Source: an uncultured Gammaproteobacteria bacterium
GTDB lineage: Bacteria; Patescibacteriota; Microgenomatia; UBA12405
Reading direction: 5' to 3'
Length of the DNA: 64,000 nucleotides
Assembly (NCBI GenBank): GCA_964448705.1
Contig: CAYUZS010000004.1
Span: forward strand, 20,105 to 84,104
Below are positions 31,370 to 40,263 of this stretch, piece after piece. The translations under genes and the position numbers were made by a program. The notes under the pieces were generated by a model. It saw nothing but the letters and a program-made list of their open reading frames with translations, made no database searches and had not been told where the DNA came from. Within the stretch, counting starts at the first letter, position 1. The number at the start of each line of letters is the position of its first letter.

Positions 31370-33451
31370 ATGGCTATCCAAGTTGAAAAAATAAATATTT
31401 CGGGCATGCATTGCACTTCGTGTGCTCTTCTTGTTAAGAAATCATTGTCATCAGTCCCCGGTGTTATCGATGTTTCGGTTAACTATGCCGCTAAAAAAGC
31501 TGTCGTTAAATTCGACTCTTCTTTTTCCGCTCTTGATGATCTCCAGTCTGCTGTTGTTTCTGCCGGTTATCGTATTAATTATAAAAAAATAGATGACGCA
31601 GCTGAAAGCTTAGTTTGGCGTCAAAAGTTTTTCCTCTCGTTAATTCTCACTTTACCTCTCTTTATTTCCATGGTTATCCCTTTTTCTAATATTTTTTGGA
31701 TTGCCTTAATTCTTACTACTCTCAATTTGATTTTTGTCGGTCGGAACTTTTTTCTGGGTTTTATTTCTGCTCTTAGGTTAAGAACTTTTACTATGGATAA
31801 CCTTATTGCTATTGGCACATCGTCTGCTTTTGTTTTTAGTCTTCTTATGAACTCATATCACTATTTTGAAGTCGCTTCTTCTTTGATTACTTTTGTCACT
31901 TTAGGTAAGTGGTTAGAAAGTTTAGCTAAAGCAAAAACTTCACAGGCTGTCAGTAAATTAATTGATCTGAGTCCTAAAACTGTTCATTTAAAAACATCGT
32001 CAGGTTTTTCTGATGTATCTCTGGAATCAATCAAATCAGGCGATATTCTTTTAGTTAAGCCAGGTGAAACCATTCCTCTCGATGGTTTAATCATCAAAGG
32101 CCGGTCGTCTGTCGACCAATCATCTCTTACTGGTGAAAGTATGCCTATCGATAAAGTATTCGGTGACAAAGTTTTTGCCGGTACTCAAAATACTACCGGT
32201 TCCTTTGAGTTTAGAACTACCGTAGATAGCCAGAACACTCTTCTTTCTCAAATTGTTAAATTAGTAGAAGAAGCTCAATCAACCCAATCACCTTTACAAA
32301 ATTTGGCCGACAAAATATCTGCCGTTTTTGTCCCCCTTGTTCTGCTTATTGCTGTCATCACTTTCATTGTTTGGCGTTTTGGTTTTGCTGCCTCATGGGA
32401 GAATACTATAACCCATTTCTTGGCTGTTATTGTTATCGCTTGTCCTTGTGCACTTGGTTTGGCTACTCCAACTGTAATCATGGTCGCGACTGGTTTGGCA
32501 GCTAAACTGGGAATTTTAGTAAAAGGCGGTGATGCACTCCAGATGGCAGCCGCTGTTGATACCTTTGTTTTTGATAAAACCGGAACTTTAACGATTGGTC
32601 GTCCGACGATTACTGCTTTTAAGAATCTAAGTAGTTTTCCCGACTCAAAAATATTCTCACTAATTTATTCTTTAGAAATAACTTCCGAGCATCCCATCGC
32701 CAAAGCGTTTGTTGATTTTGTCGCTTCTAAAAAACCCAAAAAAATAAAACTTACAGATTTTAAATCGATAACCGGGTTTGGTGTTCAAGCCAGGGGAGGC
32801 AAATCTCTGTATTTTTTGGGCAAGTCACAAGATGGTCTTATAGAATTACGTCAGGATAAAAAAACTTTAGCTTCATTCATTGCCAAAGATATTCTTAAAC
32901 CGGAGAGTGTTTCTGTAATCAAATCTCTTACGGATTCTGGTTTGGGAGTTTATTTAGTAACCGGTGATCATTCTTCAAATGCTCTTGCTGTTGCCGCCAA
33001 ATTAGGTATTCCTTCAAAACACGTCTTTTCGGACACTCTTCCGGACCAAAAAACTACTATTATTAAACAGCTTCAATCACAAAAACACTTAGTTTCTTTT
33101 GTTGGTGATGGCATTAACGATTCTCCGTCCCTGGCTCAGTCTGATCTTGGTATTGCTATGGGTAATGGTACGGATATAGCCATTGAATCCGGTAATGTCG
33201 TCATAATGAACAATAATTTAAACAGTCTATTAGCTTTGCGTCAATTAAGTCAAAAAACTTACAGTAAGATTAACCAGAATTTCTTTTACGCTTTAATTTA
33301 TAATCTGGTCTTTATTCCTGTGGCTGCAGGTCTTCTTGCTCCTTTTAATATCACTCTCCGTCCGGAATTTGCGGCCTTAGCCATGAGTCTCTCATCCGTT
33401 TCTGTTGTTCTGAATTCTTTATCCCTTAATCGTTTTAGGTCCTCACGTTAA
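31370..33451 (+). CDS. copA: Cu(I)-translocating P1B-type ATPase
   Basis: GMHCTSC, TGES, CPC, DKTGTLT, SEHP, GDGIND, YN and MxxSS. Confidence 0.93.
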   Translation: MAIQVEKINISGMHCTSCALLVKKSLSSVPGVIDVSVNYAAKKAVVKFDSSFSALDDLQSAVVSAGYRINYKKIDDAAESLVWRQKFFLSLILTLPLFISMVIPFSNIFWIALILTTLNLIFVGRNFFLGFISALRLRTFTMDNLIAIGTSSAFVFSLLMNSYHYFEVASSLITFVTLGKWLESLAKAKTSQAVSKLIDLSPKTVHLKTSSGFSDVSLESIKSGDILLVKPGETIPLDGLIIKGRSSVDQSSLTGESMPIDKVFGDKVFAGTQNTTGSFEFRTTVDSQNTLLSQIVKLVEEAQSTQSPLQNLADKISAVFVPLVLLIAVITFIVWRFGFAASWENTITHFLAVIVIACPCALGLATPTVIMVATGLAAKLGILVKGGDALQMAAAVDTFVFDKTGTLTIGRPTITAFKNLSSFPDSKIFSLIYSLEITSEHPIAKAFVDFVASKKPKKIKLTDFKSITGFGVQARGGKSLYFLGKSQDGLIELRQDKKTLASFIAKDILKPESVSVIKSLTDSGLGVYLVTGDHSSNALAVAAKLGIPSKHVFSDTLPDQKTTIIKQLQSQKHLVSFVGDGINDSPSLAQSDLGIAMGNGTDIAIESGNVVIMNNNLNSLLALRQLSQKTYSKINQNFFYALIYNLVFIPVAAGLLAPFNITLRPEFAALAMSLSSVSVVLNSLSLNRFRSSR

Positions 33452-33468
33452 TAATTAATAATCTAATT

Positions 33469-33552
33469 ATGGCTAATAAAAAGAAACCGGACCATATCTG
33501 CAATTGCGGTAATGATTGTCGTTGTGGAGACGACAAGTCTTGCGGCTGTTAA
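33469..33552 (+). CDS. 27-aa Cys-rich metallothionein-like peptide (not in ORF track)
   Basis: MANKKKPDHICNCGNDCRCGDDKSCGC; starts 17 nt after the copA stop and lies before the terminator. Confidence 0.7.
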   Translation: MANKKKPDHICNCGNDCRCGDDKSCGC

Positions 33553-33583
33553 TCACCTCGTTTCTCAAATAGACGAATCAAAC

Positions 33584-33611
33584 AAAAACCCCGTCTCTCA
33601 ACGGGGTTTTT
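33584..33611. terminator. Bidirectional intrinsic terminator
   Basis: aaaaaccccgt-ctctca-acggggttttt between convergent genes. Confidence 0.85.
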
Positions 33612-33626
33612 CTGTTCTTCCTTATT

Positions 33627-34436
33627 TTATTTCAGTGCTAAATCAACTGTTGATTGCATGTCGGTGAAACTGTACGCTCCGGCGAATGGGGTAGTGTTGA
33701 CGATGAAATATGGTGTCCCTTGGAAACCCATTTTTTGGGCGATTGCCATATCTTCACTCATTCTGCTGGCATATTTACCGCCTTCTAAACATCCTTTCAT
33801 CTTTTGATAGTCAACTACACCTTTCAGGAAATCAGCTAAAACTCCGGCTTTAGTCGCATCATTTTTAACTGTGTCATTTATCAGGTCATAACCCTCAGCA
33901 CTCATTAATCTGTTGTGTACTTCCCAGAATTTTCCCATTTCATTGCCGCAATAAAATGCTTGTGTGGCTAGTTCTCCGTTTCCGTGTCCGTTGGCATACA
34001 TCCAAACCATACCCGCTTTACCCTCTTCAACTAGTTTTCTCATTTCTATTTCCGGAGGGACATAAGTGCCTCCTTGTTTAGCTGTCAGGAATTGTTGTCC
34101 CATTTCTGCTCCGATAGTCTCGTTCTCTCCGGAAGCCACGTGACAAAAAGGACAGCTCGGATCACTGAATTCCACAAACAATAGTTTGCTGTTTTTGTTA
34201 CCCAGCACAATATTTTTGTTGTCGTTGAATAATGATTTCACATCATCAATATTCACCTCAGCAGCTGTTTGTGCTGTTGCTGTTTGTTGTATAGTTGTTG
34301 TAGTTGAGGTAGCAACATTACCTGATTTTGCCAGAAAATAACCATTACTGAATATCGATAACATCATTAGTCCGACGGCAAAAATCAACAGATTTTTATT
34401 TATAAGTATGCTTTTGTTTTCATTATTGTTTGTCAT
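33627..34436 (-). CDS. DsbA-like thioredoxin-fold protein
   Basis: N-terminal TM, EFSDPSCPFC, GTP.F.VN, GA. Confidence 0.9.
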   Translation of the reverse strand: MTNNNENKSILINKNLLIFAVGLMMLSIFSNGYFLAKSGNVATSTTTTIQQTATAQTAAEVNIDDVKSLFNDNKNIVLGNKNSKLLFVEFSDPSCPFCHVASGENETIGAEMGQQFLTAKQGGTYVPPEIEMRKLVEEGKAGMVWMYANGHGNGELATQAFYCGNEMGKFWEVHNRLMSAEGYDLINDTVKNDATKAGVLADFLKGVVDYQKMKGCLEGGKYASRMSEDMAIAQKMGFQGTPYFIVNTTPFAGAYSFTDMQSTVDLALK

Positions 34437-34516
34437 ACTACAACTGTAGTAGAATAAGTTGTTGCTGTCAACTATTAATTTATTATTTATTATAATTTTG
34501 CAGTAAACTATTACTT

Positions 34517-34975
34517 ATGTTTTTAGTAAAACCTGTTCTTGCCCAATGTCCGGTATGTATCGTTACTATTGGTGGGGGAATGTTTATTGCTCAAAAATTG
34601 GGAATTGATGATTTTTTAGTCTCGATTTGGATCTCTGCTCTTAACACCGCCATTTCTTTCTGGTTAGCTACCAAATTCAAGATAAAACTTCTTAATAATC
34701 CTTGGTTTTTATCTATACTCATGTTCGGTTTAGCTTTATTCTATTTCGACACCACCGGACAAATCAATGATTCCGCTAATAAACTTTTAGGTTTAGATAA
34801 GATCGTCCTTGGCCATATTGTCGGCTTATTATCTGTCTTCTTGGGAAATTTTATTTATGGTTTTTCAAAATACAAAAATAACCATCGTGCTCTTTTCCCA
34901 TACTCAAAAGTAGTTTTTCCGGTCAGTGTTACTCTCATTGTCACTTTCGTTCTTAAGATGGTTTTTGCTCTTTAG
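34517..34975 (+). CDS. Hypothetical membrane protein with N-terminal CPVC
   Basis: AQCPVC followed by about four TM segments. Confidence 0.7.
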   Translation: MFLVKPVLAQCPVCIVTIGGGMFIAQKLGIDDFLVSIWISALNTAISFWLATKFKIKLLNNPWFLSILMFGLALFYFDTTGQINDSANKLLGLDKIVLGHIVGLLSVFLGNFIYGFSKYKNNHRALFPYSKVVFPVSVTLIVTFVLKMVFAL

Positions 34976-35003
34976 GTTCTCTCTTGAGTTAAAATAACAC
35001 CAT

Positions 35004-35507
35004 ATGAAAAGTTGGCTCCCGGTTATTGTTTCCTTCATCATTATTGCTGCTTCAATTTATATTCTCAAGTTTCAACCTTCTCCGCTTCCTACTTTATCAA
35101 TTCCTGTATTAACTCCCACCCCGACTGTGGTTGCATCTTCTAATCAAAATAATGATTATGCCTATACATATGCAAAATGTGGGGAAATACCCAATCTTTC
35201 AGAATATTCACTGCTTCGTTTTCCCGGAGAGTATTCCTTAAAAATGTGGTCTCCTAATTGTCGTTTCATTGCCTGGTCGGCCACAATTAAATACTCTTTT
35301 GGTCAATGGTCCGCTTCTAAATACGAAGGTCTTTTTCTCTATGATCCGAAGACTAAAAAAACAACCCGTCTCTATACGCCTACTTCGGAAAATGACGTCG
35401 TGTCTCTTCAAAACTGGCAGGATGATGTCCATTTAATTTTTCATAAAAATCTTGAAAACGCGGATTTTATCTACAATCTCTCTGGTAAAACCATTGAAAA
35501 AATATAA
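35004..35507 (+). CDS. Hypothetical exported protein
   Basis: Signal/TM segment, PT linker, WSP beta-propeller-like fragment. Confidence 0.6.
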   Translation: MKSWLPVIVSFIIIAASIYILKFQPSPLPTLSIPVLTPTPTVVASSNQNNDYAYTYAKCGEIPNLSEYSLLRFPGEYSLKMWSPNCRFIAWSATIKYSFGQWSASKYEGLFLYDPKTKKTTRLYTPTSENDVVSLQNWQDDVHLIFHKNLENADFIYNLSGKTIEKI

Positions 35508-35548
35508 AAGCTATCCGCAAACTCATACAAGTTTAGTATAATATCCAC

Positions 35549-36076
35549 ATGAACAATAATCATGACCTCCAAAAATTTATGGATAGAATTAAAAAAGCCG
35601 AAGCTGGCAACCAGCTCGATCTTAGTTCCGATGAAGATCTATCCATTGCCATAATGAATCTTATTTCCATTGAGGAACATTTATTTTTCACCGGCAATAA
35701 AACCGGAAAGATAAAATACTTCAATCTTCTCAATGAAGTTCGGGAAATGCGCAAAGAGCTTCTTAAAATGATTGTAAAAAGTCCGGAGGGTGAAGTTTGG
35801 TGCACCAGTAAGCATCTCCTGGCTGCCTCTATGCGTCTTTTTGAAGTTGGTACTAAAGCTCAAACAAAAGGTGATAACGATCAGGCCTATGATCTTTTTA
35901 AAAAGTCTTACGATCTATACAATTTGTTCTGGGGTATCAATCTTGGTTTGGTAAAAAATCTAGAAAAGAAAAGTGTTGATGATTCAAAAGAAAAATCTCT
36001 CAATTACCAAAATTCGGATTTCTTAGGAAAAGTTTCCGGAGTAATTGGAAAGATTTTGGATTGTTGTCGGGAATAA
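35549..36076 (+). CDS. Hypothetical helical protein
   Basis: EEH, WC.SKH and terminal DCCRE; TATAAT 6 nt before the ATG. Confidence 0.7.
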   Translation: MNNNHDLQKFMDRIKKAEAGNQLDLSSDEDLSIAIMNLISIEEHLFFTGNKTGKIKYFNLLNEVREMRKELLKMIVKSPEGEVWCTSKHLLAASMRLFEVGTKAQTKGDNDQAYDLFKKSYDLYNLFWGINLGLVKNLEKKSVDDSKEKSLNYQNSDFLGKVSGVIGKILDCCRE

Positions 36077-36080
36077 TTAT

Positions 36081-36392
36081 TTACTGATTATTTTTCTTCG
36101 ACTTCTCAATTATTTTCTTGGTTTTTCTGCCTACATCGTTGATAAAATCTTCTGCCCTTTTTTCTTTAGATTTACTTCTGTGTCTGATAACATACTCAGG
36201 ATTTTTCGGGACAATAATTGCCATTATGATGTAAATAATCAGCCCTGGACCTTGAAAAAAAGTCAACGCAATAAAAACCAACCTTACTATTGTCGAATCG
36301 ATATCCAAAAATTCAGCCAAACCTCCGCAAACTCCGGCCAAAATGAAATTTTCTCTGGATCGATAAATCCTTTTTTTATTTCTTTGTTGCAT
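36081..36392 (-). CDS. PspC-domain protein
   Basis: YRS.....AGVCGGLAEF.DID.TIVRL. Confidence 0.92.
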   Translation of the reverse strand: MQQRNKKRIYRSRENFILAGVCGGLAEFLDIDSTIVRLVFIALTFFQGPGLIIYIIMAIIVPKNPEYVIRHRSKSKEKRAEDFINDVGRKTKKIIEKSKKNNQ

Positions 36393-37023
36393 TAGCTAGT
36401 TTTTCCTGATCAACCACAATTACTTTTTTATTTTTGTTAATTATCAAACCTTCCTTTTCCAATTTTAACATTTGTAAGGTCACTGTTTCTCTTGTTAATC
36501 CGGTCAAAGATGCGATCAGTTTATGTGTTATTCCGAAATCAATGTGTTCATAGTGTCCGATTGTTTCGACTGTCCTATTCGCCAGAGAGGAAACCATTGT
36601 TGCCACTTTGTTGTAAGCGCTTCCTGAAAGTAAAACCCCCATCTGTTCAACTAAATCAACGAATGATAACAGGATGTTATTCACCACTTGGTCTTTAAGT
36701 TCAGGATTTTTTACAAATAATTCTTCAACTTCATTGACTGAAGCGGTATACATTTCCACCGGAGTTATTGCTTCAAAATAAAAACGATTTTCTATTCCTG
36801 TCAATGCATAAATCGACGTAAAGTACAAAATCGGTTTAAAAAACTGCATGGTTATTTCTTGTCCGTTTTCGCTTAAGGTATACACCCTCACATATCCGGA
36901 TTTTATATAACCCACATAACCAGGTTTTTCACCTGGCCTTAAAATAACTTCTCCTTTTTTGTACTTAACTAAATTATGGTCGGAGAAATAATTCTCCATT
37001 TTTTTCTTTAGGTTTTTGTCCAT
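36376..37023 (-). CDS. Crp/Fnr-family regulator
   Basis: cNMP-binding barrel and HTH ITH..IASLTGLTRETVT. Confidence 0.92.
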   Translation of the reverse strand: MDKNLKKKMENYFSDHNLVKYKKGEVILRPGEKPGYVGYIKSGYVRVYTLSENGQEITMQFFKPILYFTSIYALTGIENRFYFEAITPVEMYTASVNEVEELFVKNPELKDQVVNNILLSFVDLVEQMGVLLSGSAYNKVATMVSSLANRTVETIGHYEHIDFGITHKLIASLTGLTRETVTLQMLKLEKEGLIINKNKKVIVVDQEKLANATKK

Positions 37024-37087
37024 AACAAAAAATAACTTCCAATAATTGCTATCGTATCACCTCTTACACAAAAGCCGCTGTAATATA

Positions 37088-38839
37088 TTATACATTGCCC
37101 AATCCTTCAATCCAATATTCAATTATCTTAAAACCGTTTTTCCAAAAATTTTCAGATTCAATATTTACTCCAATTCCGGCCAAAACTTCAGTTGGATCTT
37201 TTGATCCACCGGTTTTTAAAACCTCTTTTATTTTATCAATAAAATCCTTTCCTCTTTTTTTATATTCTGCATATAAAGACAATGACAATAATTCACCAAA
37301 ATTATATGCATAACAATAAAAAGGGGATTCGTAGATATGACTGATGTATAACCATTCATATTTAAATATTGGATCAATTTTTACTGCTCTGCCGAATTGT
37401 TCTTTTAAATTGTTTAAATATAATTTGCAAATATCTTCTGCTGTAGCCCCTGTTGTCATTAGTTTATGAGCATCAATTTCAAATTTGACAAAATAATTCT
37501 GTCTCATTATTGTTGCGTATGAATCGGCTATTTTCTCCGACAACATTTTATTTTTTATGTCTTTATCTTTTTCTTCATTCATCATTTTTTCAAACAAAAT
37601 CATTTCTCCAAAAGTCGACGCTGTCTCCGAGAGTGGTAAATTAGCGTGTTGTGAATCCGGAAAATGTTTGTTTGCCAATAAACTATGTATGGCATGCCCC
37701 AATTCATGAGCCATCGTCGATACATCTCTAACACTTCCGGTGTGATTCAGTAAAACATAAGGCGATATTTCCGGTCCGACTGTAGCGCAAAATGCTCCGC
37801 TGATTTTATTTTTTTTCGGTAACGGATCAATATGATTTTCATTAAATAATTTTTCCGCCAATTCTCCCATCTCTTGGTCAAATTCGTAGTAAGCCTCAAG
37901 AACCATTTTTTTGCTCTCTTCAAAACTGTACTTATTTTGGCGGCTTTTTCCTATCGGTGCATACAAGTCATATCTTTCAAGTTTTTTCTTTCTCAACATC
38001 TTTGCTTTATATTCAAAATACTTCCAAAATATTTTTCTTTCTTCACTGCAAACTTTCAGTAAAGTTTCTACTGTTTTATCGGAAACATGATTGGAAAAAT
38101 TTCTCACTGCAATCGGTGAATCATAGCCTCTTATTTTTGCTTCGTAATCCCAGTTTTTTACTACAGATTGATAAATAATTGAAAGTTTATCGATATTTTT
38201 CTTATGTTCGTCGAAAAATGAATTATAAGCCTCTCTTCTTGTTTTTGAATTTTTCGAATGTGTATGTTTCAGTATTTCCGCCTGAGTTTTTATTTTCTTT
38301 TTCCCCATTTTATAAACCATTTCTGCTTCTATTATTCCTCTTAGATCGGAAATCACCGAGTTTCCGTAAATGTCCTTATTATCAATAATTTCTTCTTCCC
38401 GTTGTTTTAATGAATACTTAACTGCTTTTCTGTTGTATTCCAGCACGTATTTCAAGTCTTCTACTGACGAGAATAATCTACCGGCATTTTTGTCATCCAG
38501 TATTTTTTTACCTTTAACTTCCAAACCTTTTAGCCAGTGATCAAATTTCCTGCTCATTGTCCCCAGTTTAAGCCATGTCTCTTGGGCCTTGCTTTTCATC
38601 ATTCTTATTTTTTGGTTTTTCTGGTTCGTCGCTTCCATTAATTCCGGCAGATAAAGGGCTCTTCTCATTTTTTGACCCAAAGTTTGTTCTTCTTTTATAA
38701 ACTTCGCAAATTCTTTTTGGCTCATTTCCGGTTCTAGTTTTGGCCACCACTTTTCCAATTTACCCATATCCTTACTTATCTCTTCCAACAAATCTTCGAA
38801 TTTTTCTACTTGGCAGATATCATCCAGATTCCAATTCAT
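37088..38839 (-). CDS. pepF: M3B oligoendopeptidase F
   Basis: WNLDD, K.SGAFC, AHELGHAIH, ETASTFGE, HIY..PFYCYAY. Confidence 0.9.
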   Translation of the reverse strand: MNWNLDDICQVEKFEDLLEEISKDMGKLEKWWPKLEPEMSQKEFAKFIKEEQTLGQKMRRALYLPELMEATNQKNQKIRMMKSKAQETWLKLGTMSRKFDHWLKGLEVKGKKILDDKNAGRLFSSVEDLKYVLEYNRKAVKYSLKQREEEIIDNKDIYGNSVISDLRGIIEAEMVYKMGKKKIKTQAEILKHTHSKNSKTRREAYNSFFDEHKKNIDKLSIIYQSVVKNWDYEAKIRGYDSPIAVRNFSNHVSDKTVETLLKVCSEERKIFWKYFEYKAKMLRKKKLERYDLYAPIGKSRQNKYSFEESKKMVLEAYYEFDQEMGELAEKLFNENHIDPLPKKNKISGAFCATVGPEISPYVLLNHTGSVRDVSTMAHELGHAIHSLLANKHFPDSQHANLPLSETASTFGEMILFEKMMNEEKDKDIKNKMLSEKIADSYATIMRQNYFVKFEIDAHKLMTTGATAEDICKLYLNNLKEQFGRAVKIDPIFKYEWLYISHIYESPFYCYAYNFGELLSLSLYAEYKKRGKDFIDKIKEVLKTGGSKDPTEVLAGIGVNIESENFWKNGFKIIEYWIEGLGNV

Positions 38840-38848
38840 TTTTTCATT

Positions 38849-39424
38849 TTACTCCAATAAATATTTTTTTCTTAATGATTTACTTTCTTCATTGGTTATT
38901 TTTCCCAAACCCTTTCTTTGTCTGTCAATTTCGTACAAAATGATTGCCGCTGTCACCGACAAATTTAGGCTTTGCACCATTCCTTTCATTGGTATGTATA
39001 TTTTTTCATCAGCCATTTCTATGGCTGTTTTGGATAATCCACTATGTTCATTGCCAAACATTATTGCTGTTTTATTATTTTTGAATTTTATCTGATTTAT
39101 TTTTTTAGCTGTCTTGTCTAAAACTGTTGCATAAATCGTAAAATTTTTTTCTTTAAGCTCTTTTATACATTCTTTTGTTGATTTATATGTTTCAAAACTT
39201 AACCATTTGTTGGCGCTTCCTGAACTTGTTTTACCTGTAATCTTAGGATTAAAACTTTTTTCTTTCTCGAAAATCAGGCTCACTTTTTGAAATCCAAAAG
39301 CATCACAGGTTCTCCATATTGCTGCCGCATTATGCGGATCGTGAATATCCTCCAACACCACCATTCCTTCTTGTCTTTTAGAGATTACGGCTTTGATTTT
39401 TTTAATTCTTATGTCGGATGCCAT
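38849..39424 (-). CDS. trmH: SpoU/TrmH RNA 2'-O-methyltransferase
   Basis: DPHNAAAI.RTCDAFG, FGNEH.G, IPM.GMVQSLNLSV. Confidence 0.88.
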   Translation of the reverse strand: MASDIRIKKIKAVISKRQEGMVVLEDIHDPHNAAAIWRTCDAFGFQKVSLIFEKEKSFNPKITGKTSSGSANKWLSFETYKSTKECIKELKEKNFTIYATVLDKTAKKINQIKFKNNKTAIMFGNEHSGLSKTAIEMADEKIYIPMKGMVQSLNLSVTAAIILYEIDRQRKGLGKITNEESKSLRKKYLLE

Positions 39425-39428
39425 TTAT

Positions 39429-40043
39429 TTAATTGTCGTTTTCTTCTGTTGGAATATCCAATGCTCCGCCCGGTTGTTTCTGAATTTTTTGCATTTGATT
39501 CATAATTTCCTGCAAATCCTGAAAGCTGACACCATCCGGCAATGTCCATTCATCGGTGTTGGCCGACCAAGACTCACAATTGTAATCGTATTCAGTGTTT
39601 AAGTCTTTTGTTTGCTCATTTTCTGTTTCTGCTGCCTTATCATCGACGTTTTCTGTTTCTGGTTCTGTGTTTTCTTGCTTCATCAGAACTTTATACCCTT
39701 TACCCGGCATTAATGATCCCCAGGTGTACAGATATTCGCCATCGCTTAAGGAATACATTTTATCTTCAGTTGCTGTGGTGCTGTTATTTACTGTCATCTC
39801 CTGTTTAAACTTGTTGCCGGAAATATAAACCGTTCCATTTACTTGTCCTTCTTCAGAGCTCGCTGTCCAGGTGCATTTTTGGTCTTTACCATTTTTTAAC
39901 AAATCTTTTAAAGATACTTGAGACACTTCGGCCTTATTAGCCGGTTGTTCGGTATTTTTTGTTTGGCTATTATCATCAATCTTTGGACCACAGCTGCTTA
40001 GTAAACACACACTTAATCCCAATATCAACCAATATTTTTTCAT
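39429..40043 (-). CDS. Putative lipoprotein
   Basis: Lipobox LSSC after a signal peptide. Confidence 0.75.
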   Translation of the reverse strand: MKKYWLILGLSVCLLSSCGPKIDDNSQTKNTEQPANKAEVSQVSLKDLLKNGKDQKCTWTASSEEGQVNGTVYISGNKFKQEMTVNNSTTATEDKMYSLSDGEYLYTWGSLMPGKGYKVLMKQENTEPETENVDDKAAETENEQTKDLNTEYDYNCESWSANTDEWTLPDGVSFQDLQEIMNQMQKIQKQPGGALDIPTEENDN

Positions 40044-40263
40044 ATTCTTTAAACTTGTAATTTCAATTCAATTTTAACATTTCTTTCTCTCTTAGTTTCC
40101 ACCAATCTTAGTTATCGTGTTCATTATGTCTTTAAATACCATCCAGTCCACTAAGAATACTGCTGTGATTAAACCATACTTCCAATATCTATGTATTGTC
40201 TGCATTCTTATTTATAGACCGAATAATACCCGAAAACAATTAGTTAAAACTATAACAAGTTGA

